In this document: positions 41,699-53,199 of the stretch, piece by piece | Numbering within the stretch: the first letter of the stretch is position 1 | How the letters are laid out: each line of letters starts with the position of its first letter | Source of the DNA: Pecten maximus | Taxonomy: Eukaryota | Length of the DNA: 64,000 bases | NCBI RefSeq assembly: GCF_902652985.1 | Contig: NC_047018.1 | Location: forward strand, 39,618,001-39,682,000 | Direction: 5' to 3' | Notes under the pieces: model-generated | The model's database searches: none | Told to the model about the DNA's origin: nothing | The model's input: only the letters and a program-made list of their open reading frames with translations | Position numbers and translations under genes: made by a program

Positions 41699-41899
41699 GT
41701 AAGCTACACGTTTCATTTTTGTCCTCTCATTTTTCTACTTTTTCCATTCTCCTCTTCTCTCATGTGAAGTAACACGCCTCTTGGTCTACAATAACAAGGT
41801 CTATAGTAGAAATATCTACATGACCTGTTGTATCTATCAATGAAATAGATCATTTTTCCAGTATTTGTGTCGATAGTCAATACTTTCATGTAACAGGAG

Positions 41900-42162
41900 C
41901 ACTTGAGGATTACCTCCCTTCTCACTTGAGAATAACACCCTCTTTAACTGGAGGGTTATCTCCCTTTTCTCTTCTCCCTTTTCTCTTGAGAATAACACCC
42001 TCTTTAACTGGACGGTTATCTCCCTTTTCACTTGAGAATGACATACTGTTTAACTGGAGGGTTATCTTCCTTTTCACTTGAGAATAACACCCTCTTTAAC
42101 TGGACGGTTATCTCCCTTTTTGCTTGAGAATGACACCCTCTTTAACTGGATGGTTACCTCCA
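41900..42162. repeat. ~46-bp tandem repeat (CTTGAGAATAACACCCTCTTTAACTGGA.GGTTATCTCCCTTTT)
   Basis: About 5 copies. Confidence 0.88.
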
Positions 42163-43824
42163 GGGTTGCCTCTTTCCTTGTTTAAGGTAGCCACTGTTTA
42201 TAGAATAGTGTTATACATAATATAATTGGATGTCTGGCTTTTTATCCTCTGCCACTAAGATACTTTCTGAATATTTCTGCAATATACACAATGCCACTAA
42301 AGAATGTTTTTTCTGTAACCATATTTATCCTGCAATAAGACCCCTGATATCCCCAGACCTAAAAAAATGTTGGCTTAATACAAGACAATGGTATTTGCAT
42401 TTGTTTGTGATTCTACAGACTTATTGCAGGATAGATATGAATTCTTGATGCATTTTGTGACATTTTGAGTTGTTGAATATCATGAAACCTCCTAAATTTG
42501 AACACATCAGATTCAAAATTGTAATATAATAAAATAAAAATTCAGAAATAGTGCAACAATAATAGACTAAAGAAATCCTGATTCCTATATACAAACATTC
42601 CAGAATTTTTTGACATTTGAAGTTCAGATTAATGAGGTTTCACAACAAAACAACAACAACATATGCATGTGCTTAGTGACTAATTAATCACCATGGTTAC
42701 AGGAGTAAGTCTGTCACTTAAGGTGTTATTTGGTTTCTAGTCTCTTTCCACAGCTTCCCATCGTGGTTCCATCTTACTTCCAAAGACTAACATATAATTT
42801 GGACTTGTCTACTGGTACCTTCATATATTTCGTATTACTAATAAATTCTTTGCTTTTTAGCATAATTACGACAATTTAGATTCTTTTTTTTGCTTGAAGG
42901 CTTGGAAGATTTTTTCATTCTGCAGATTTTCTATTCAGCGAAACCCTGATTTTTCTGGCATTATGAAAGGTCGGGTAGGAAAGGGTGTCGTTAAATTGAG
43001 GTCTCGTACCTATTTTAATTGGGTATGTTGCCCTCTGTATTCCAACATGTGTTTATTGTCCTCCAACGCGTGACGAGTACAATATCAATGATAATAAATT
43101 GCACATTTAAGGTATTATCAACAGTTGTCTCCCCTTTGCATATGTGCTTGATGTTTCACAGATGAATGTCAGACCAAAAACAAATCAATGTTTAGTTGTA
43201 TAATTTGTCAAGTTGTCTCCTTTGAAAAACTTTATGAATTTGGTAAAATCTTGGATAAAACCTGGACACTGTTCAATGCTGTTTTTTTTTTTTTCTCTTG
43301 TCTTTCCTTCTTACACTCTTTACACATGAGGGAAATGTTGCATTCAATGTTTTTTTTCTTTTTCTCCATCATTTAATCTATTTTAACAATTTCTGGTCTA
43401 TCTCACTTAAAATGCATACAACTTAGTCAGTGATTTTGCCTGAATTTGATTCAGAGTCGAGCTAGGATCTTTTAACACCTTACTCATGATAGCATGATGC
43501 AGTTTTGATAAAGAAAATTCTTTGAAATTCTGTTAATTTTTGTCTTGCTTACCTTTGCATGAAACTCAAATACATGAATCCAGTCTAGATAAAGATTATT
43601 TACGATAATAATGAATGAATGCATCATAACAATATCCGGAGTTCTCATGTTTGGCTTGAATAAGATTGATTCAATTTAAGGTAAAAAAAAAATCCTAATA
43701 TTTTGATACATTTTCAAGTAATAATTCAATTAATGAATATGCATGAATTTTTACAAAGCACTCGCGTGAAGACATCATTTCCTTCCGCTTGTTTTTAGTT
43801 TTGTAATTTTGTGGTTGTTTACAG

Positions 43825-44005
43825 TCGCCCAGATACTTCGTTCATCTGGTTCCTGAGTCCCCTCAAATCCATTCGCTACATCTTGTGGAACAACTACAAA
43901 TGGGTAATCCTCAAGATGCTCATCTTCAGCGCGTTGACAGCCATCTTGGTTCTCTTCTTCTACGCCATGCCGGGTTATACCGTCAAGAGGATGTTCGGCG
44001 CTTAG
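43825..44005 (+). CDS. OTOF: Otoferlin-like terminal coding exon A (tail-anchor TM, Trp variant)
   Basis: Acceptor gtttacag|. Translates RPDTSFIWFLSPLKSIRYILWNNYKWVILKMLIFSALTAILVLFFYAMPGYTVKRMFGA*, with a hydrophobic C-terminal TM. Stop TAG at 44003-44005. Confidence 0.94.
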
Positions 44006-44164
44006 GTAGATTTGTTATGCTATTGGCTGAAATTCATAATTAGAAGATTTTTGTTGGTCATAAGCTTGTACCTGCCTAATTTAAGATTGTAACACTTCAT
44101 TTTTATCTGACATCCTTTTTTACTTTTGACTTCACAGAAACCCAATTAATGTTAAACTCAAATT

Positions 44165-44512
44165 CTACAGCAACACCTCCTGATGTAACACAGATTTTAC
44201 AGCAACGCCTCCTGATGTTGATTTGTCCAATTTTGTCTTTGCAGAGAGGAATAGTCAAATATTGTCTTTATAGTGATATAATTTTATATATATATACAAT
44301 GTATATCATAGCGATATTGAATTGTCATATTTTGTCTTTACAGCGACCCCTCCTGATGTTGAATTGTCAAATTTTGTCTTTATAGTGATATAATTTTATA
44401 TATGTACACGTGTATATATATCATAACGATATTGAATTGTCATATTTTGTCTTTACAGCGAACCCCTCCTGATGTTGAATTGTCAAATTTTGTCTTTACA
44501 GCGACCTCCTGA
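44165..44512. repeat. Local tandem duplications between the two terminal exons
   Basis: Recurrent CCTCCTGATGTTGAATTGTCAAATTTTGTCTTTACAG modules and a duplicated ~115-bp block. Confidence 0.8.
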
Positions 44513-44650
44513 AATGTCAGCACTGTTTACTAATATTTTACAATTGTTCCCTTGTAGGTTGCCAGCCACACCCCTTTTCTGAAATGTTACCTTTATTTTC
44601 TTAGCCTGATAATGCTACGAAATCCCTAATGTTGTATTTTGTCATTTCAG

Positions 44651-44831
44651 TCGCCCGGACTCGTCGTTCATCTGGTTCCTGAATCCCCTAAAATCTATCC
44701 GCTATATTTTGTGCCACAACTACAAATGGGTTATAATCAAAGTGCTGATTGTCTTAGCACTGGCAGCCATTTTGGTTCTCTTCTTTTACGCCATGCCTGG
44801 TTACATGGTCAAGAGGATGTTTGGGGCCTAG
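44651..44831 (+). CDS. OTOF: Otoferlin-like alternative terminal coding exon B (tail-anchor TM, Cys variant)
   Basis: Branch-like CTAAT near 44626 and acceptor catttcag|. Translates RPDSSFIWFLNPLKSIRYILCHNYKWVIIKVLIVLALAAILVLFFYAMPGYMVKRMFGA*. Same length and phase as exon A; stop TAG at 44829-44831. Confidence 0.94.
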
Positions 44832-46920
44832 GATCCACAGGACAGTCTCGAAAACACCGACTGAGGACGTTCATATCCAGTGTATACCCGCAAACTAGCG
44901 TAGACTATTTTGGTTTTCTTAATATCATACAGATACATCATTAGTGGTCAGGAAGGAAGCCACATTTCCGGGATTGATCAAATATTGATCACCATGGTAA
45001 CTGTGTCTGTCGAGTAATAGACAGTTGGAATCCTATATACCACAGGAAGTAGGGCTGTCGAAACAATAGCTGTACGGAAATGTCAATACTCTCGACGCGC
45101 TTCACTGCTTCAACTCGGATAGCCAAGGGTTTAAAATATCCTAATATACAAAAATGCTCCTTACCTATTACGGAAAGTGCTCATAAACCTTGTGTACAAT
45201 AACACTAACCTCCGAAGTGCAATAAACTCGTTATACCTGTTTCATTTTTACATGTTGACACAATTTACCTTGTACAAAATGTATTATAGTCAAAACATTT
45301 TTATATGTTTACAACTTTTTCAAGTCTCATTTTTTTTTTTTTTTTTTTCATTCATCATCATCTCCATACATAACTAAAAAATTCCTCAAACTTTCTCCAT
45401 TCAATAAAAAAAAATACTGGGTAATATTGTATTTGCTCACACATTCCATTTATCTTTATTTCCTGGCTGCTTTACGGTATCTGCCCATCGTTCTTGATAT
45501 TACGGTAGATTTATTCGTATTTGTACTTGAGAAAACAACTTCTGACTGTGCAAACGATAATCAGCATATATTTGTGCAATAGAAATTTTTGATAATTTAA
45601 ATATAAACAATAACATAATTCGGTGTTGGATATTAATTCAGGGGTTCCCAGTAATGTGAACAAGGGTGGATTTAACATCGGAAGTGTTTAAAAAACGTGG
45701 TAAGACAGGGTTGAATCCTGTAATATTTTGTTTGGTTGTTTCATATTCATATGAATGAAGTTTTAATACACAAGAACTGAGAATTGTGATATACGTTTAT
45801 GCATACATTGTATATAGATGTTTATTCAATGTTTACACTTGTACATAGGGATGTTTTTACTTGTATGTTTACACAATGTTTTTGTGATGTTTGCTCTGTG
45901 TTGATTGGTCACCCATCTCTCATTCACGTAGGACAATTGACCAATGGTCATTAGCAGACAACATTTAGAGGTGAAGGTCTTCTAGATAGCACAGTAGTGA
46001 TAAATGACTTTTCTATTAGCAGAGCACAGGAAAGTTCAAGGTCATTTGGACATGTAGGCTGTAGCTGTATTTCATCTACAGTGAGAATTGTAAAATTTTA
46101 CTCATACAATTAATTATTATGAAATTCATGCGACAAACCAACATTTCACCTGTCACAAAAAAAAAGTACACAAGCAGTTCACAAAAAATTCTGGGCAGTT
46201 CATCAACTTTTCAAAACTGTTCATCAATTCATGAAAATGTTCATCATTCACTCAGAAGTGTTATTTGTCCAAATCACAAATCTTAGATAATTTATGCACA
46301 GTGATGACCGCCTGCCTAGTACCCTGTTCAACGATTGCCATTCATTGGTCACTCTAGGTGTATCAGCTGTTGGTCATAGGTAGGTGTAAGTCATTGGTCA
46401 ATAGTAGTCACATGACCCATCATCAGTCACTAGTTGTAATAGCCAATGGTCAAAAATAGTGTAAGTCATTGGTCACTATACATATGTAGTTGTAATAGTT
46501 GCTGGTCACATCAGCCATCGGTCAAGTTTCAAGAAGACCTATAAGCATCTTGGTCATACATGTTCCATATATTATATTGACAATTTCAAAATGTGCATGT
46601 CATTTTTCTGGACCAAGGTCATCTGGAACATGCAGAGGTCAACTGTTAAGATGTATCTATCAACAATTAGTAATTAACGACCAACAACAATGAAATGGAA
46701 ATATTTAAGTAATCTTGACAAGCAGACCTGACACCTGATGTTTATAAACTGTGATTAATTGTTATTTGTTAAGTTTACAACAAAATACTGGTTGTGTCCT
46801 TTTTGTGTTTATTTCAAGAATATAAGTGTATATATCTTTTACCTATGCCAAAGTGTACCCTGTTTCTTCTTTCTACCATTTGTTCAGAAATAAATCTTTT
46901 CAAAACTTTAACATTGAGAA
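44832..46920 (+). other. Probable otoferlin 3' UTR (end uncertain)
   Basis: Follows the last stop codon and is AU-rich. AATAAA candidates at 45221, 45403, 46889 and 47054, with a distal one at 51117 followed by a GT-rich tract. Confidence 0.45.
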
Positions 46921-47089
46921 TTATGACATACCTTTTACTATTAGTAATTAATTAGTAATATATATACAAAATGCAGAAAAATGAACTCAAAACTTGATCA
47001 TATAGCTGTTCTGTCTTTCCAGCATAGCATTTGGCTCCTCAGTCTGAGAATTCAATAAAACTGGGAGCTGTTTTTCTTTTCACAAAAAG

Positions 47090-47880
47090 TTCTGCTGTAC
47101 AGTTGTCATAACACGAGCTCAGCACTGTACAGTTGTCTTGATACCAGTTCAGGACTGTACAGTTGTCTTAACAGGTCAAGACTGTACAGTTGCCATGACA
47201 CCAGTTCAGGACTATATAGTTGTCATGACACCAAGTCAGGACTGTACAGTTGTCTTAACAGGTCAAGACTGTACAGTTGCCATGACACCAGTTCAGGACT
47301 GTAGTTGTCATGACACCAAGTCAGGACTGTACAGTTGTCATTACACCAGTTCAGGACTGTATTTGTCATGACACCAGTTCAGGACTGTACAGTTGTCATG
47401 ACACCAGGTCAGGACTGTATAGTTGTCATGACACCAGGTCAGCACTGTACAGTTATCATGACACCAGGTCAGGAATGTACAGTTGTCATGACACCAAGTC
47501 AGCACTGTACAGTTGTCATGACACCAGGTCAGGACTGTATAGTTGTCAGGACTGTACAGTTGTCATGACACCAAGTCAGCACTGTACAGTTGTCATGACA
47601 CCAAGTCAGCACTGTACAGTTGTCATGACACCAAGTCAGCACTGTACAGTTGTCATGACACCAAGTCAGGATTGTACAGTTGTCATGACACCAAGTCAGG
47701 ATTGTACAGTTGTCATGACACCAAGTCAGCACTGTACAGTTGTCAAGACACCAGGTCAGCACTGTACAGTTGTCATGACACCAAGTCAGCACTGTACAGT
47801 TGTCATGACACCAGGTCAGCACTGTACAGTTGTCATGACACCAAGTCAGCACTGTACAGTTGTCATGACACCAGGTCAGT
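47090..47880. repeat. 30-bp minisatellite (ACTGTACAGTTGTCATGACACCAAGTCAGC)
   Basis: About 26 copies. Each unit contains the palindromes ACTGTACAGT and TGTCATGACA. Confidence 0.96.
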
Positions 47881-50649
47881 ATTCATTTAGTCATAGGTAA
47901 GACTTATCTAGTTGTCATGGTAACAGTTCAGATCAATTTAGCAAATGGATCCAAGGAGTGTCTTGTTTACCCATGAAAGAAATAGACAGAAGTGTTTATT
48001 CTTAGTTAATGTAAGTTATCAACTTGTATAGATCTACACACCTAGAGATTTTCACAATGTTAGATATCTTATAATGATATACCCAGCCTACTTACTAACT
48101 TACTCTCACAGTTCAGGGAAGGATAGTCAGAAATCGTTAATGCTTCAAAATTGTGTCACAAATTTTGCCCCAAGTTACGAATGGTAGAGTATTGTTAAAA
48201 ATTGATACATACTTGTGGATGCTAGTGTCCACATTTGTTTGTGACTTGCATTTATGTTACAAGTTGCAAATTAACCAGGTTCTAGTTTGAAAAAATTATA
48301 TATATCAGATTAAACTTCAAATCGAGGAGCCTTCATTTTTTTTTTTTTTTTTTTTCTAAATGACACCAAACACAGAAATTGTTAATTATGAATATACACC
48401 AGCTGCAGGAACTGATGTTAAATAGATAATCTATATATCGTGTAGGCTTCGACACCTGCCGACGGAGGTGGATCGTCTATATATATAGATATACACTCAG
48501 CACACCTGTAATTATTGAGGTGTACACTGCCGGCTGGTTACGGCCTACCATATCATACATCTATTATCATTGTATTACACGGAAATGATCTAGTGTTTCG
48601 TTACGTAAACCTTTGACCTGTAATGTAGACGGGTGACATATGTACAATGATGATGAGTATTCCGATGTCAATGCTGGGTTTTCAATATCTTTTTGCTACT
48701 GTTCATCACTATATGGTTTAAATTATTTAAAAAATACAAAAATATATATATATAGTTTAACAAAAATGGGGATCTGGTTCGATTGGGGAGAAAGAGGATT
48801 ATTGAAGCTGATTAGGAAAAAAGACAGCAAATTAAAGAGAAGAGCTCAATTTCGGATATACATATATTTCATGTACAAGTATAAATGAGAGATATTGGGA
48901 TTTGATAAGAATTTTTATCTTAATTATCAAGGCCGATATAGGAAGAAAATAAAGTTTTTCATGAGAATACACACACATCCACACATCCCTCACCCCCAGG
49001 ACAAGCGATACCAGAGGCAACCAATCAGGTGTCACATGAGCCTTGGCCATCCGAGAGCTGACCTAGGATGACATGAATTTGATAAGTGTACATTGAGAAG
49101 CAGGTAGAGTTCGCTCATTGTGTCTCTCGATTACAGCTGGTATCTTAGTTAGATTTTATCTCTGTAAACTCCTGTATATCCCAGATGTTGTTTTTCCTGG
49201 AAAAAAGATATTTGTAAATAAATACAAAGTGCGAAATCCTATCTAAGCATTGAGGAAATATTTGATTTACATGAATTTTGAGCTGGAATTCCGTAATTAA
49301 ATTAAATATTTCAGAGGGCTGCCTAACAGGAAGTTGTTTGTAATAAATATTCAAAGAATGGCTCATCTTTAATACAATTTTTTTTTTCCAAAGTACATTT
49401 AACTTTTCTATTTTAACCAAATTGAGGAAGAGAGAGTTCCCCATCTGTGGTAGGTTGTACATAATATTAAAATCAAATCTATAAACATTTCATACAAATG
49501 TGAACAGTGAAAAAATCTTTGTTAAGTGAAGTCTTTTTTTTTTTCTTCTGCCCTTATGAAGATTTATCAGAAATTCTTCATTCACGCAGAACTGATGTTT
49601 CACCGACGTGTAAATGCAGGGTTTTCCCTCCGTCTAGTGATCTTTGCTAGGTTTTCTACGGGACAGAAAGCCTAGCCATAAAACTCAAGTACGCAAACAT
49701 TTTAAATGCCTTTTTATCAAACTATATTTAACAGTTATGCCCACTGAACTCCCAGGATCTTTTTTATGAAAAATGGTTATTTAAGAATTAGAGCTCATTT
49801 TGTAATCTGATTTATTTGCAGCACTAAGGCAGTAGATATGGGGCTTCGTGGACGTGTCTGACACGCAGAGTACGCACAACTGTAGGAAAAATGAAACGAG
49901 AGAAAAAATAGCCCTAGATAAAATGAAATATTATTAATTACATATACATTATCAACAGAGCATAAGTTTTAAATGACGTACATGGATCTGTATCAAATTT
50001 TCCCATTTTGACTAACCCGAACATGATAATTTTTTTTATTGAAACTATGCAGTGAGAATGCTATTTTGTAGAACAAAGACATTTAAAACACCATACAATT
50101 TTAAAAGAGTATAATTTCATGATTAATTTTTTTCATGTATAATGAAATGGTTTTTCCACTGAACTAACAATGACTTCACCACAGGAAATATGACAATAAT
50201 ATTCAGTTTCAAATATCTATAATTTTTTCTCGGTCCAGTTGATGACTTTTATCTTGATAAAGTTAACCATAAAATAATAATGATTTGGCACACGAGTACA
50301 GAGTTATATAGAATTCAGTGCTGTCAATATATTAGTTTTATTTAATGTTTTATCATTGACATGTTTGTTAAACATACATTAGGGGAAAGTTGTGTGCAAT
50401 AACATTGTTTAAAGGCAGTCCTAGAACGACAATAAAATTGTTTAATTTTAGCACATCACAGTAAGTACTAGTGTCACAGTTAAATGTACTAGAGCTACTA
50501 CATTAAGTTGAAATGTTCTCATTAAAATTCTCAAAGTGTCTACCAGTCTATTGTTATTTGGATTACCAAGGTTCAACACGTTGGTACTGTAGGCTTAGTA
50601 ACAAAAGTCACACCGCATACAGTATTTTGAACATTAGTGAGTAACTTTC

Positions 50650-51010
50650 GCTGTAACCTTGGTTACCAAGGCTCCACTGTACAGTTACTGTGGCCTTGGT
50701 TACCAAGGTTTTAAAGTACACTGTCACTGTAGCCTTGGTTACCAAGGCTCCATGGTACAGTTACTGTAGCTTTGGTTACCAAGGCTCCACTGTACAGTTA
50801 CTGTAGCCTTGGTTACCAAGGCTCCACTGTACAGTTACTGTAGCCTTGGTTACCAAGGTGTTAAAGTACACAGTCACTGTAACCTTGGTTACCAAGGTTT
50901 CAAAGTACACAGTCACTGTAACCTTGGTTACCAAGGTTTCAAAGTACACAGTCACTGTAGCCTTGGTTACCAAGGTTTCAAAGTACACAGTCACTGTGGC
51001 CTCGGTTACA
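50650..51010. repeat. 37-39 bp tandem repeat with palindromic core CCTTGGTTACCAAGG
   Basis: About 9 copies with two alternating linker types. Confidence 0.92.
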
Positions 51011-53019
51011 GAGATATCACTGCACAGTTACTTAGAAAAGTTGTTAATTAACAAATGTCTTTCAAGTTTGAATTTAATGCAATCTTAGTTCTGTTGTCAT
51101 AGTAACATGTGTTGTCAATAAAATGTTTGTGTCACAATCCTATGGTTGTTTATTTTATGTTGGGATAAAGGACTATGAGGTTTGTTCAAGTTAATGACCT
51201 TGACCGACTTTCAATGTCACAGTGGTCAACGAACAGAGAACCAGTGCCATGATCATTCTAAGAAGAAAGGCTACCAAGTTTGAAAGTCATGTCATTCATT
51301 AAGGTCAAATGGACTAAAATCTTCAATTGATTTTCCTCAATACCAACATTGCAAGAATATTAAACATGTAACATTTCTTGAAAAGAAGAGATATGAGGGT
51401 TTAGGTCCACATCCATGACCTATACTGTTTGAAAATCACATGAATTGAACTTCAAACAAAAAATGTCTTCATGAGCTGCAGATCATGTGAGCTAGTTATT
51501 GATGTGCTCATTGAGCCTCTTTTGCCTTTCATCAACCTCTCCATTACAAAGATGTCAAAGACTATGATGTAAGGGGTAGAGCACACAAACACAGGAATTA
51601 AAACTATCTAGTCTAGTCCAATGTGTGAAGGGCTACAAAGTATGTATACAAAAGAACTGGCATTTAATTTGATATCCACATCGATGACAACTATCAACTT
51701 TAAAAGTCAGAGAAATAAAGTTCCCAAGAAATTATATAATGGTTGAGTGATACAGGCTCATTGGACCTCTTGTTATTTTTTTTTATTTTCTTTATCTACA
51801 ATTGAAATGAAAACATTTATATATTGAGAAATAATAATGTACCAAATGTGTATGCGTCTCAGACAGATGGTATGGTGTCCAGGTATGACTGGGTCAATTA
51901 AAAAAAATTCACAACAGCTAGCCAGTCCTTCTTAACTCAGCTGAAATTGAACATGGAACAGACAGCAGCAATACCAAGAAAAGATGAAAAGACAATTATC
52001 ATATATATATACATGTATATATATAGATCTGATACAACACTGAGGACAAAGCTTTCAAGTTTGGAACAAAGACATCACAACAATATGATGGACATGTAAA
52101 ACAAAAATTACACATTTTTTTTCACTATATCTTATTTTCATTTTTATTCAGATTTTCCACAAAGTATTCACATGATACAGAAAGAAACAAAGACGACTTT
52201 TACACACACTTACATACACAAACTATATATATCTCGAATACAATGTAGGTAGCTTAGCTATAGCTAGTAGGTGAATAATACATCAAAAATCCTTTACATA
52301 GAAAATCAGCATAATTACCATAGTATAAATTTATTTTTCACATCCAATGACAAAATGAAGTGCAAAAAGAATTATTTAAACAATTCTATTGTCTAATGAT
52401 CAAAAAGATATTGAAAAAGCCTCCATTTAGGAATGAATAGATACACATATTTTATATCGGAGTTTTATATGCCCTCACATTCTCAGAATACAAATTTTAA
52501 GCAGACTTCAAAATTTTTTATTTTTATTTTCCCCCTGAAAACAACAAAAAGAACCTTCACCTTAATAAATTCTCAGTATACTGAGCCACCATGTGTAGTT
52601 ATAGACGTGTTAATATTGATGATTACAAGCTCCAACTTCACATAAATATGACATTTTCAACAACAACAAAAAAAGGAAAGAAAACACTCTTCGTGAAAAG
52701 TGAAAAGAAAATACCTCTAACATATTGCAGAACTTTCCCCAATTTGACTATAAATATCAATTTGCAAGTCAATTTGGGGAAGCAATATTGATGTTACATA
52801 TATTATAATAATTTCTTAAAGACCAAAAAATGTACAAACAATTTAAAATTTGTGTAATCTGTGGGCTGTGTTGAGATGTCGTACTACAATACAGCTATAT
52901 CCTTGGTTTAGATGAAATAACATTGACACTTTTGGAGAAAGTTTAAAAGTGTAGATTCCAAGCATCAGCAATTTCCAGAGTAATTGGACCAAAAATTCTT
53001 AATGTTATTCCGTAAATGA

Positions 53020-53165
53020 AGAGTTTATAGAAATATTCACCATGTGATCTAACTGTATACCAAGTTTGATTAAATTTGGACTTCCACTTTTGAAGCGACG
53101 AATCTAAATGCAAAAAAAATGTTGACGACGATGACGACGCCGGAAAAGCAAGACCATCCCGGACG
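53020..53165 (+). repeat. Fragment of an interspersed repeat (second copy at about 61290-61440)
   Basis: Shares ...ACTGT.TA.CAAGTTTG...ATCTAAATGCAAAA..AAATGTT...GACGCC(GCC)GGAAAAG with 61290-61440. Confidence 0.65.
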
Positions 53166-53199
53166 ATGAAAGACTATTAAAAGTCATTGAACACATTCC

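Noticed and set aside
44651-44831. Exon B as an assembly artefact, haplotype duplicate or pseudo-exon
   Set aside because: About 21 synonymous and 10 amino-acid differences with unrelated flanks are too many for allelic duplication, and frame, acceptor and stop are intact.
44829-44864. Stop-codon readthrough extension after exon B
   Set aside because: TAG-G is not a recognised leaky context and only 10 codons follow before TGA.
44639-44944. 101-aa ORF overlapping exon B
   Set aside because: It is an alternative frame of the real terminal exon, has a non-ATG start, and shows no recognisable homology.
50650-51010. Palindromic repeat resembling a CRISPR array
   Set aside because: The linkers are only two recurring sequences, not unique spacers.
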